Shown piece after piece: positions 10,080 to 18,515 of a stretch of DNA of 37,824 nucleotides. A program made the position numbers and the translations under genes. Origin of the DNA: Deltaproteobacteria bacterium (GTDB lineage Bacteria; Desulfobacterota; Desulfobacteria; Desulfobacterales; JAABPS01); contig JAFDFT010000004.1 of assembly GCA_019309685.1 (NCBI GenBank), positions 1 through 37,824 of the forward strand. The letters run 5' to 3'. Every line of letters begins with the position of its first letter. The stretch's first letter is position 1. The notes beneath the pieces are model-generated. The model had not been told where the DNA came from. It was given only the letters and a program-made list of their open reading frames with translations, and did no database searches.

Positions 10080-10311
10080 GAGACCTTTGCAAAACCCCAC
10101 TTTTTGCCCAATTTCTGTGTCAGGTGGTTCCTCCGCCTTTGGCGGACTCAGCTTTTAACCCTCCACCGAACTTTGGCGGATTAATCCTCGAAATACTCAA
10201 TGTATGGATGCCTGCCCCGTAGATCAGGAAGATCTTACGGGGTGGTTAATCCGCCTGAGGCGGATCGCCTTCCTTGAACCTGAACAAAAATCACTATTTT
10301 TCAAAGGTCTC
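10080..10311. mobile_element. MITE (family B) with IS5-family-like TIRs and a 5-bp target duplication
   Basis: GAGACCTTTGCAAAA ... TTTTTCAAAGGTCTC, flanked by ATTTA at 10075-10079 and 10312-10316. No ORF; internal GC hairpins. Confidence 0.8.
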
Positions 10312-10332
10312 ATTTATATATTGAAACAGCAT

Positions 10333-10734
10333 TTATCGTGAATCAGCCACCATCTTTTTCTCCTTTATTTCGAAAAGATTCCCCTCATAATCGCTAATAA
10401 ACAGGATAAAAGAATCATCTCTGGGGATCTTGTTGATCTTCAGGTTCATGGCTTCACATTCTTTGATAAAGGCTTCGCGGTCATCAACTTCCAGGCATGC
10501 ATGCCCGATCTTATGAACATCCAGGCCTTTATCATCACCGATAAACACCTCAAAGCGGATGTCATCATTTGCATAATTGACCATCTTCAATTCAATGCTG
10601 ACCCCAAAAATTTTTTCTATAAGCCCGCTTGGAAGAACCCTTGAATTGACTTTTTTTAATCCAAGAAGATTGCCATAAAACGTATCACTCTCTTCTTCTG
10701 AACTGCAAAAAACCGCGATGTGATTCAAAAACAT
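10333..10734 (-). CDS. VOC/glyoxalase superfamily protein
   Basis: LNHIAV..FYGNLLGL..FEVF..HACLEVDD..FISDYEGNLFEI, the H/E/H/E metal-site pattern. Confidence 0.88.
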   Translation of the reverse strand: MFLNHIAVFCSSEEESDTFYGNLLGLKKVNSRVLPSGLIEKIFGVSIELKMVNYANDDIRFEVFIGDDKGLDVHKIGHACLEVDDREAFIKECEAMNLKINKIPRDDSFILFISDYEGNLFEIKEKKMVADSR

Positions 10735-10772
10735 TCTTTCACCTTTTTTTCATATGATTCTGTATACAAAAA

Positions 10773-10919
10773 TTAGTGCACTTCCCTTTCACATTTCCTG
10801 CAGAGCATTTCTCCATTTATTTCTACAGGTTCGCCGCAACGTAAACATGGTTCATTGCCTTTTATATCTGAATCAGCGTTATCCGGTCTTATCATATTAT
10901 CTTTCTCATCTGTACTCAT
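10773..10919 (-). CDS. 48-aa zinc-ribbon-like microprotein (CxxC-x11-CxxC)
   Basis: MSTDEKDNMIRPDNADSDIKGNEPCLRCGEPVEINGEMLCRKCEREVH*. GGAGG lies 7 nt before the ATG. Below the ORF-track length cutoff. Confidence 0.75.
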   Translation of the reverse strand: MSTDEKDNMIRPDNADSDIKGNEPCLRCGEPVEINGEMLCRKCEREVH

Positions 10920-10939
10920 CGCCAATCCTCCATGCTAAA

Positions 10940-10984
10940 ATTATACATAACGAAGACCAAACCATAAAAGTTGATGAACATCAA
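10940..10984 (-). promoter_or_regulatory. FNR-type box plus -10 element upstream of the microprotein and VOC gene
   Basis: TTGATgaacATCAA at 10971-10984, a perfect TTGAT-N4-ATCAA. TATAAT on the minus strand at 10945-10940. Confidence 0.6.
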
Positions 10985-11005
10985 CTGTATCGTTAATTTT
11001 AAATG

Positions 11006-11290
11006 CCTGATTTTGTACAAATTTAAGGTTTTCATATGCCCCGCAAGCGGGATTTCGCTTGCGCTCAACAAGCTGCATCTAAGGGTGAAGCCATAGTAAA
11101 ACTATTGCGAACCCTTAGTAACGAAGCATATGGAAGCCTCCGGTTCGCCCATCGGGTGAAAATAAATGAGAAAAAGAGGCTAATATTCTTTTTACTATAT
11201 GGGCAAATTGCTTCAATTTTAAAATATTATTTGAGCTATTGAATTGACTCGAAGAGAATAATTCTCATCAATTTTCATGCAAGATTCAGG
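11006..11290. mobile_element. MITE family A, copy 1 (contains a nested palindrome at 11026-11139)
   Basis: Ends CCTGATTTTGTACAAA ... TTCATGCAAGATTCAGG. Collinear with 13434-13755. Confidence 0.82.
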
Positions 11291-11297
11291 CATTTAA

Positions 11298-13412
11298 TTA
11301 TCTTGAAAAAGTCGCCGGGTTCCCTCCATCCACAGGCAACGCTGCCCCGGTCGTAGGGGTAAGGTCACTTGCAAAAAATACCACCGCATTCCCCACATGT
11401 TCCGCAAGCACCCGTGTTTTTAAAAGATTTCGCTGCTGGTAATAATTCTGCAAGCCTTCAGGATCCAGCCCCCGGGACTTCATTCTATCAGGTCCTACAA
11501 CGCCCCATAGCTTTGAAGGTATCTTATCGTCTCCAAAAACAGCATCCGGATTAACCATGTTAACACGCACACCCATTTCGGCAAGTTCCAGTGCCGCGAT
11601 CTTTGAAATTTGATGCGCGCCCGCCTTTGACGCGCTATACGCTCCAAATGCAGCGCCAGGATCAAACACATTTTTTGAACTGATAACAATGATATTGCCG
11701 CCAGTCCCCTGCCTTCTAAAAACAGGAATAGCGGCTTTGATCACCGTATACGTTCCCTTAAGGTTCACGGCCATAACCTGGTCAAATTTTTGCGGGTCCA
11801 TGTCTTCGATTTTCGCCACATGAGCAACACCGGCATTTGGCACAACGATATCGATCCCACCTGTCTTTTGGCAAATCCTGTTAAATCCGTTTTGAACTGA
11901 TTTAAAATCAGTAACATCAAAAATTTCGCATTCCAACAAATTTTTATTGTATTTTTCCGTTAATATGGAATAAACAATTTCCAATCTCTTTTTATCAATA
12001 TCAGATATAACAACAACCGCACCCGCAGCCAAAAGCCTCTCTGCTACACCCGCCCCAATGGCACCGGCAGCCCCGGTAACAAGCGCAATCTGCCCTTGAA
12101 GCGGGAGTATGGCGGATTTCTTTAGTTTTTGCTGCTGAAGGCTCCAATATTCCATATCAAAGACATGTGAACGGGAAATAGGCTTATACTCACCAAAAGT
12201 CAGGGCTTTTCGTTTGGCCCTTATGGTATGCTCACCGATGTCTGCTGCAATGCGTGCATCCTTTCGGCTAAACCCAATTGCAATAAGGCCTGCCCCGAAA
12301 ACAAGAAAAAGTCTGGGATAAGGATCAAGACTCTCAAAATCAATATTCTTTGTTGTTTTCCGTGACTGGACGTACTGCCGGTAATCCTTTTTATACGCAT
12401 GGACCACCCTATGAACGAGTTGTTTTAAAGCAGCATCATCCGCCGGCATGGATGGAATATACGCCATCTCATTTTTTGTCCGGATGGCATGATCCGGTGT
12501 GAGTACCCCTGAACGGCAAATTTCTTTAGCTTCTTTAGAAAGAGAAGCTTCAATAAGATCCCGCCCATCTCTTATCTCTATGCAAAATTTTCTAAGCTTC
12601 CCTGTGTTTTTATCTTGACCATGCGCACACGTACCACGGATAACCTGCGCGGCCCGCTGAATAGCTGAAGGGCTTTTTTCTCGAGATATCCTGGCCCCAG
12701 ATGGTGTATAAAACAGTTTACTTTTAGTCTGTTCTTTTATATACGTCTCTGCTTTACTCACATAAGCAACCATATTCTTATAAGATGTTTCGGCACTATC
12801 AGCAAAAGTAAATATTCCATGATTCATCACTACAATAGCTTCAATATCCGGATTTTTTTTATATTGATTTATCATCGCCTTTGCCAAAGGAAGACCGGAC
12901 AGAATATAAGAAATGACGGGCACCTTATCCCCAAGCGCTTCTTTGACGATACGCTTCCCATTCTTTTGATTGGTAAGAATAAGAATGCTGTCAGCGTGCG
13001 TATGGTCAATATATGTATGGGGAAGAAAAATATGCAGCAAAGCTTCTACTGATGGATCCGGCGCCGAAGCATCAATTCGATGGATTCTCAGTTGGTTCTG
13101 CATCACTTCATCAGCAAGATCTTTTACATTCCTGAGTCTTCGCAGCGGTTCCATATTCAACCCAACGAATCCATCCGGCCCGATTGTTGACAGATCCATT
13201 CCGCTGCCTTTAACAAAAATAACGTCTTTCTTTTCTCCCAGAATATTTTTAGACATTAATTTCACGGAAGTATTTCCGCCACCATGAAGAACCAAATCGC
13301 TATTAGCACCTATCAGGCGGGATGTATAGATCCTTAATGCCAGTGCCCCTGGGAGAAAGGCATGCTTTTTTACGAATGCCTTTGCATCCTTTTTTTTAAA
13401 TAGATTTATCAT
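11298..13412 (-). CDS. Bifunctional class II aldolase / short-chain dehydrogenase (RhaEW/YuxG-like)
   Basis: N-terminal HGGGNTSVK, VKGSG, PSVEALLH, HTHAD, NHGIF, TPDH; C-terminal SDR motifs TGAAGAIG, NAG, YSASK, NPDAV, VDGG. Confidence 0.92.
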   Translation of the reverse strand: MINLFKKKDAKAFVKKHAFLPGALALRIYTSRLIGANSDLVLHGGGNTSVKLMSKNILGEKKDVIFVKGSGMDLSTIGPDGFVGLNMEPLRRLRNVKDLADEVMQNQLRIHRIDASAPDPSVEALLHIFLPHTYIDHTHADSILILTNQKNGKRIVKEALGDKVPVISYILSGLPLAKAMINQYKKNPDIEAIVVMNHGIFTFADSAETSYKNMVAYVSKAETYIKEQTKSKLFYTPSGARISREKSPSAIQRAAQVIRGTCAHGQDKNTGKLRKFCIEIRDGRDLIEASLSKEAKEICRSGVLTPDHAIRTKNEMAYIPSMPADDAALKQLVHRVVHAYKKDYRQYVQSRKTTKNIDFESLDPYPRLFLVFGAGLIAIGFSRKDARIAADIGEHTIRAKRKALTFGEYKPISRSHVFDMEYWSLQQQKLKKSAILPLQGQIALVTGAAGAIGAGVAERLLAAGAVVVISDIDKKRLEIVYSILTEKYNKNLLECEIFDVTDFKSVQNGFNRICQKTGGIDIVVPNAGVAHVAKIEDMDPQKFDQVMAVNLKGTYTVIKAAIPVFRRQGTGGNIIVISSKNVFDPGAAFGAYSASKAGAHQISKIAALELAEMGVRVNMVNPDAVFGDDKIPSKLWGVVGPDRMKSRGLDPEGLQNYYQQRNLLKTRVLAEHVGNAVVFFASDLTPTTGAALPVDGGNPATFSR

Positions 13413-13433
13413 TTAAAATTCTACGATTTCCCT

Positions 13434-13755
13434 CCTGAATTTTGCACGAATTGGAGGTTTTCATATGCCCCGCAAACGGGATTTCGCTTGCGCTCAACAA
13501 GGCGATACATCTAAGGGTGAAGCCATAGTGCACTATTACGAACCCTTAGAAACGCCGCATATGGAAGCCTCCGGTTCGCCCATCTTGTTAGAATATAGCT
13601 CTAAAAGCGAAAGCCAACGGGCGAAAATTGATGTGAAAATAGATAGATACTCCTTTTTTACCATATGGGTAAAATGCTTCAATGTAAAAATAATGCTGGA
13701 ACTATTATAATGACTTATTGAAAAAATTCTCATCAATTTTCATGCAAGATTCAGG
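13434..13755. mobile_element. MITE family A, copy 2 (nested palindrome 13453-13572; extra 34-nt insert 13585-13618)
   Basis: TIR CCTGAATTTTGCACGAA / TTCATGCAAGATTCAGG. Same orientation as copy 1. Confidence 0.85.
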
Positions 13756-14539
13756 CCCCTGCTTCTTCCGCAAATATATCCTGTGCGTCTTTCACTGAAG
13801 CATCTTCATGTATAATTGACCGCAACGCCTTCATCATAGCCACCGGATGATCATGCTGCCATACGTTCCGGCCTAGGTTAAGGCCAATTGCGCCCTTTTG
13901 CATACCATCATGAACAAATTCAAAAACCTCCAGCTCAGTATCACACTTTGGCCCCCCTGCCATCACAATCGGCACAGGACATCCATTCACAACTTTATCG
14001 AGATTCTCGCACCAGTACGTTTTTACTACCTTTGCGCCAAATTCCGCGGCAATTCTACAGCATAAAGAAAGATACCTGGCGTCTCTTTTTTCCAGTTCCT
14101 TTCCCACGGCAGTGACGGCCATAACAGGAATTCCGTAATCTTCACATACATTTACCAGCTCTCCTAAATTCACAAGCGATTCATGTTCATAATCGCTTCC
14201 TATAAAAATGGACATCCCAACAGCTGCCACATTGAGACGGATGGCTTCTTCGATGGATGTTGTAATCGCTTCATTGGCAAGATCCTTTCCCACAACACTA
14301 GTACCGCCTGACATTCTCAAAATAAGCGGGGGACTGTTTGCGGGGTCCACGCACGCTCGCAAAACGCCACGTGTAACAAATAATCCATCCGCATAAGAAA
14401 CCAGCGGTTTAATGGTTTCACCGGGTTTTTCCAGCTTCCGGGTAGGCCCTTGAAAGTATCCATGGTCGATGGGTAAAAACATACAATGACCATCAGATTT
14501 TATGAGACGCGACAATCGATTTTTCATTCCCCAATCCAT
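13751..14539 (-). CDS. lsrF: LsrF-type 3-hydroxy-5-phosphonooxypentane-2,4-dione thiolase (class I aldolase fold)
   Basis: MDWGMKNRLSRLI, DHGYFQGP, VTAVGKEL.RDARY, Schiff-base lysine in VVKTYW, MAGGPK, LGRNVWQ. Confidence 0.9.
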   Translation of the reverse strand: MDWGMKNRLSRLIKSDGHCMFLPIDHGYFQGPTRKLEKPGETIKPLVSYADGLFVTRGVLRACVDPANSPPLILRMSGGTSVVGKDLANEAITTSIEEAIRLNVAAVGMSIFIGSDYEHESLVNLGELVNVCEDYGIPVMAVTAVGKELEKRDARYLSLCCRIAAEFGAKVVKTYWCENLDKVVNGCPVPIVMAGGPKCDTELEVFEFVHDGMQKGAIGLNLGRNVWQHDHPVAMMKALRSIIHEDASVKDAQDIFAEEAGA

Positions 14540-14728
14540 AAAAACCCTCCTTTATTCATCGATAGGTATTATAATTTATACGAAATCTCACTCAGCATGT
14601 TTGAGGCGTTCTTATAGCCAATAATTTCATCGCGAGAAAATGTCAATGATCCTAATATTGACTTATGTTGAATCTTACAATATACAAATTAGAAAAATCA
14701 ACTATTGAAATTAATAGGATACAACATT

Positions 14729-15655
14729 GTGAAAAATCGATTCACATTTTTTATGTGCCTGGTTGGATTAATTGCAATCTATTCTTCCGTAGAGTGTGAA
14801 AAATTACCGGATCTTATTGAAAAAATTAATGGCGGAAGCATTAATTGGACAAAAGGAATTATTCAAGCCACCGGCATTAACATCCCTGACAATAGAGACT
14901 TTAATATACCACTAAATCGTCAGGAAGCATTAGCCGCGGCAACGCGTACAGCACTCGACGAGCTTTTGGATGTCGTAAAAACAATAAAAATTAATAGTGA
15001 AATAAAGGTAGACAGCCTCGGCACGAAGAACAAAGTCATCATAGAAAAAATAGGTCACATGGTCAAAGATGCCAAAATAATCGAGCAAAAATATCTAACA
15101 GACGGAAAAGTTGAAATTACAGTTCAAATGGCTTTACGTGGCGGATTTGCCCAGCTTGTGCTGCCGGAAGATATCAAACAGATCGATGATATCAAAGTGG
15201 TCAAGTCCTCACAGAAAAACGACCCATCCTCTTCACCAAAATCCGGACCTATATACCCAAAAGAAAAAAAGGATTTCTTTACAGGCTTGATAATCGATGC
15301 CACGGGGATGAATACTACCCCATCAATGGTTCCCGTCGTCCTGGACGAAAATGGCCGAAAGGTCTTTGGGCCGGCCTTTATGAGTCGTGAGTCCGCTGTT
15401 CAATATGGAACCAGCGAATATGAAAAAGAGATTCAAAGAGCAAAACAAAACCCAAGGGTTGGCGCCAATCCTTTAATAGTAAAGGGCTTACGAACCGAGG
15501 GGGCAGTACATACAAATATTATTATCAGCAATTCAGATGCGCTGATACTTCGAAGCAAACCCGAGCACCTGACCTTTTTGAAAAAATGCCGGGTAATCAT
15601 TGTCATCGATGAACTAAAAAAGCAAACCGCTAAAAATAACAATTTAAACGGCTAA
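14729..15655 (+). CDS. LPP20-family-like exported protein
   Basis: Hydrophobic N-terminus; GSINWTKGIIQATG, FTGLIIDATG, PSMVPVVLDENG, NPRVGANPL. GTG 14729 follows AGGA (the track starts at 14705). Confidence 0.65.
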   Translation: MKNRFTFFMCLVGLIAIYSSVECEKLPDLIEKINGGSINWTKGIIQATGINIPDNRDFNIPLNRQEALAAATRTALDELLDVVKTIKINSEIKVDSLGTKNKVIIEKIGHMVKDAKIIEQKYLTDGKVEITVQMALRGGFAQLVLPEDIKQIDDIKVVKSSQKNDPSSSPKSGPIYPKEKKDFFTGLIIDATGMNTTPSMVPVVLDENGRKVFGPAFMSRESAVQYGTSEYEKEIQRAKQNPRVGANPLIVKGLRTEGAVHTNIIISNSDALILRSKPEHLTFLKKCRVIIVIDELKKQTAKNNNLNG

Positions 15656-15676
15656 CATTTTTTTAATTCGAGTCTT

Positions 15677-16846
15677 TTAAACACCTGCTTTTTCTTTAAT
15701 TTCCTCTGCTTTATTTGTTTTTTCCCAGGCAAATTCAGGTTCACTGCGTCCAAAATGACCGTATGCTGAGGTCTTTCGATATATCGGACGTAAAAGATCA
15801 AGATATTCAATGATGGCGGCAGGCCTCAGATCAAAAACATCTTTTACAATTTCTGTTGCACGGTTTTCCGGAATGGCACCGGTCCCCATAAGGTCTACCA
15901 TCACAGAAACAGGTTCCGCCACACCAATCGCGTAAGCAATCTGCACCTCACATTTTTTAGAAATACCGGATGCAACAATATTTTTTGCGATATGTCTTCC
16001 CATATATGACGCACTGCGATCCACCTTGGAAGGATCTTTGCCTGAGAAACATCCTCCGCCATGGCTCCCCTGACCACCATACGTATCAACAATAATTTTT
16101 CGCCCGGTAAGACCGCAGTCTCCCATGGGACCGCCAACAACAAATTTCCCTGTTGGATTGATGAAATAACGTGTGTCACCATCTGTCATGTCCTTGGGAA
16201 TAACTTTTTTTATCACTTCTTCAATCAGGCCCTCTTTTATTTCGTCATATGTAACATCCGGTTTATGCTGGGCGGATAAAACGACCGTATCTACCCGCTT
16301 TGGAGTGCCGTTTTCATACTCAATAGTTACTTGAGACTTCCCGTCAGGTCTTAAAAAATTAAGGGAATTGTTATTTCTGACGGTTGACAGCCGGTTAACG
16401 AGCTTATGCGCAAACATTATAGGCATGGGCATCAATTCAGGTGTTTCATCAGACGCAAATCCAAACATAAGACCCTGGTCACCCGCTCCCTGATCTTTGA
16501 ATAACCCTTCACCCACATTTACGCCCTGGGCTATATCCGGAGATTGATGGTCGATGCTTGTAATAACGGAACACGTCTGCCAATCAAAACCCATTTGAGA
16601 AGAATGATATCCTATATCTTTTATGGTGTCGCGAACGATCTGAGGCATATCCACGTAACACTCAGTCGTAATTTCCCCGGCAATAAAAGCAATGCCCGTG
16701 GTAACAAGGGTCTCACAGGCAACTCTGCATTTTTTGTCCTGTGCAATGATCGCATCCAGTATGGAATCAGATATGGCATCCGCTACTTTGTCAGGATGAC
16801 CTTCCGTAACAGATTCGGATGTGAATAAAAATTTTTGATCATTCAT
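15677..16846 (-). CDS. metK: S-adenosylmethionine synthetase
   Basis: [57 protein letters not shown]. Confidence 0.98.
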   Translation of the reverse strand: MNDQKFLFTSESVTEGHPDKVADAISDSILDAIIAQDKKCRVACETLVTTGIAFIAGEITTECYVDMPQIVRDTIKDIGYHSSQMGFDWQTCSVITSIDHQSPDIAQGVNVGEGLFKDQGAGDQGLMFGFASDETPELMPMPIMFAHKLVNRLSTVRNNNSLNFLRPDGKSQVTIEYENGTPKRVDTVVLSAQHKPDVTYDEIKEGLIEEVIKKVIPKDMTDGDTRYFINPTGKFVVGGPMGDCGLTGRKIIVDTYGGQGSHGGGCFSGKDPSKVDRSASYMGRHIAKNIVASGISKKCEVQIAYAIGVAEPVSVMVDLMGTGAIPENRATEIVKDVFDLRPAAIIEYLDLLRPIYRKTSAYGHFGRSEPEFAWEKTNKAEEIKEKAGV

Positions 16847-16882
16847 AAATTTACTCCTTCACTTTATATATTTTTTATCTTT

Positions 16883-17728
16883 TTAATAATTTATTATCAT
16901 GTTGTCTATCAAACGCGTCTTTCCAACTTTGACAGCCAGGGCCATTACCACAGGGCTCTCTATTGTTTTGATATCTTCCAGCGTATCAGGATCACAGATC
17001 GAAATATAATCTATCTTGCTATCCTTATGGGAGTGTATCAATTTCTTCACTTCATTAATAATTCTATCCGAATCCAAAACACCTTCAGCACAAAGGTTTT
17101 GAGCCTTACTTAATGATTCAAAAAGGGAAAGCGCCGCGAGTCTCTCCTCCGGTTTAAGATAATTGTTCCGTGAACTCATGGCAAGCCCATCAGGCTCCCT
17201 GACAGTCGGCGCACCTACGATTTCAATATCGAAATTCAAATCACGGACCATCCTTTTTATTACCGCCAGCTGCTGATAATCTTTCTGTCCAAATATCGCG
17301 ACACTGGGTTTTACAATGTTAAAAAGCTTTGTTACCACCGTCGCGACACCCTGGAAAAATATCGGCCTTGAAATCCCGCAAAGATGCTTCGGAAGCTTTT
17401 CAAGGTTTACATACGTCTGGAATCCATTTTCATATAGACTTACTTTATCAGGGGTAAAAACCACATCCACATTTTCTTTACGGGCAAGTTCGAGATCTCT
17501 TTCCAAGTCTTTTGGATAAGAATCAAAATCCTCCCCTTCTCCGAATTGTGTGGGATTGACAAAGATACTGACCACCAGGACATCACCGCGCTTTCGCCCT
17601 TCCCTCATAAGCGAAAGATGCCCCTCATGTAAAAATCCCATAGTCGGTACAAAGGCAATCGATTTTTTCCGGGATATCAGGCGATTGGCATATGCCTGCA
17701 TCTCATTTGTTGTGGCAATTGTATGAAT
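16883..17728 (-). CDS. panC: Pantoate--beta-alanine ligase (probable ATT start at 17728; first ATG at 17701)
   Basis: FVPTMGFLHEGHLSL, SIFVNPTQF, FGQKDYQQ, REPDGLAMSSRN, RLIDN. Confidence 0.95.
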   Translation of the reverse strand: MHTIATTNEMQAYANRLISRKKSIAFVPTMGFLHEGHLSLMREGRKRGDVLVVSIFVNPTQFGEGEDFDSYPKDLERDLELARKENVDVVFTPDKVSLYENGFQTYVNLEKLPKHLCGISRPIFFQGVATVVTKLFNIVKPSVAIFGQKDYQQLAVIKRMVRDLNFDIEIVGAPTVREPDGLAMSSRNNYLKPEERLAALSLFESLSKAQNLCAEGVLDSDRIINEVKKLIHSHKDSKIDYISICDPDTLEDIKTIESPVVMALAVKVGKTRLIDNMIINY

Positions 17729-17760
17729 AGCAGTATCCTCCTGAAAAGAGAGTTGCCGCT

Positions 17761-17789
17761 GTATTAAGACAATATAAAGAAAATGTCAA
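17761..17789 (-). promoter_or_regulatory. Putative sigma70 promoter of panC-metK
   Basis: TTGACA-17 nt-TAATAC on the minus strand. Confidence 0.45.
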
Positions 17790-17858
17790 TGTTAACTTAA
17801 AGTTAAGCGTTAACCTGAATTTACTAAAAGAAGAAACACGTTTTGCAAGAGGATAATA

Positions 17859-17930
17859 TCTGAATTTTGCCGGAACTATTATTATAACTCATCTAAAAAG
17901 ATTCTCATCAATTTTCATGCAAGATTCAGA
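17859..17930. mobile_element. MITE family A, copy 3 (internally deleted)
   Basis: TCTGAATTTTGC joined directly to the last about 60 nt of the family (GGAACTATT...ATTCTCATCAATTTTCATGCAAGATTCAGA). Confidence 0.75.
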
Positions 17931-18015
17931 TAACAATCATTCAGCTACATAAATTTACGATTGAAAAGTACAAGGACAGGGTCGCTTTATAACTAAATAT
18001 AATGGGGAAAAAGAG

Positions 18016-18498
18016 TTATTTTTCCACCAGGTGCTGTATGTCAGGATGATCTTTTATCGCTCGCAAGAATTGCTCCGTCCTGATCTCCAACCTCTTTTTA
18101 ATAATTCTAAGCACCCTTTGGGTCATTCTATACCCCATGGATGGGTCTTTATCTAAAAGTCTTGTAAGCTCTATCCCATTTACAGAAAAAACCTCGCTCC
18201 TTTCTGCACAAACCGCGTCTGATGTATATGTAGTGCCTCCGAGCATGGCAGACCATCCAAATGCATATCCGGGTTTGACAGTCCCCATAGAAATAGTAAT
18301 TTTTTCAGAAATCCGCTGTTCAAGAAGTATCTTCCCCCTTCTTACCATGTAAAACCTTTCAGCGTTTTCACCTTCTCGAAAAACAACTTCACCTTCATCG
18401 AATTTGAGGGATTCAGTTATTGGCAAAAATTTATCAATCATGTCGTCTGTTAAAAATCCGAGAATTACAATCGCTTTAAGGTCTTTTATCGTCACCAT
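18016..18498 (-). CDS. Stand-alone cyclic-nucleotide-binding (Crp-type) domain protein
   Basis: GEVVFREGENAERFYMVRRGKI..PGYAFGWSAML..YTSDAVC, with no HTH. ATG 18498 follows AAGGA. Confidence 0.88.
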   Translation of the reverse strand: MVTIKDLKAIVILGFLTDDMIDKFLPITESLKFDEGEVVFREGENAERFYMVRRGKILLEQRISEKITISMGTVKPGYAFGWSAMLGGTTYTSDAVCAERSEVFSVNGIELTRLLDKDPSMGYRMTQRVLRIIKKRLEIRTEQFLRAIKDHPDIQHLVEK

Positions 18499-18515
18499 GA
18501 TAGATTCCTTTCGCC

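Noticed and set aside
10754-10996. 80-aa plus-strand ORF
   Set aside because: Antisense to the better-supported microprotein and its promoter; no SD or motif.
11036-13710. Two ORFs both starting MPRKRDFACAQQ (11036-11242 and 13465-13710) resembling paralogous peptides
   Set aside because: Both lie within family A MITE copies and diverge in frame or sequence downstream. The similarity reflects the DNA repeat.
16847-16882. Possible SAM riboswitch before metK
   Set aside because: The gap is only 36 nt and AT-rich; metK appears co-transcribed with panC.
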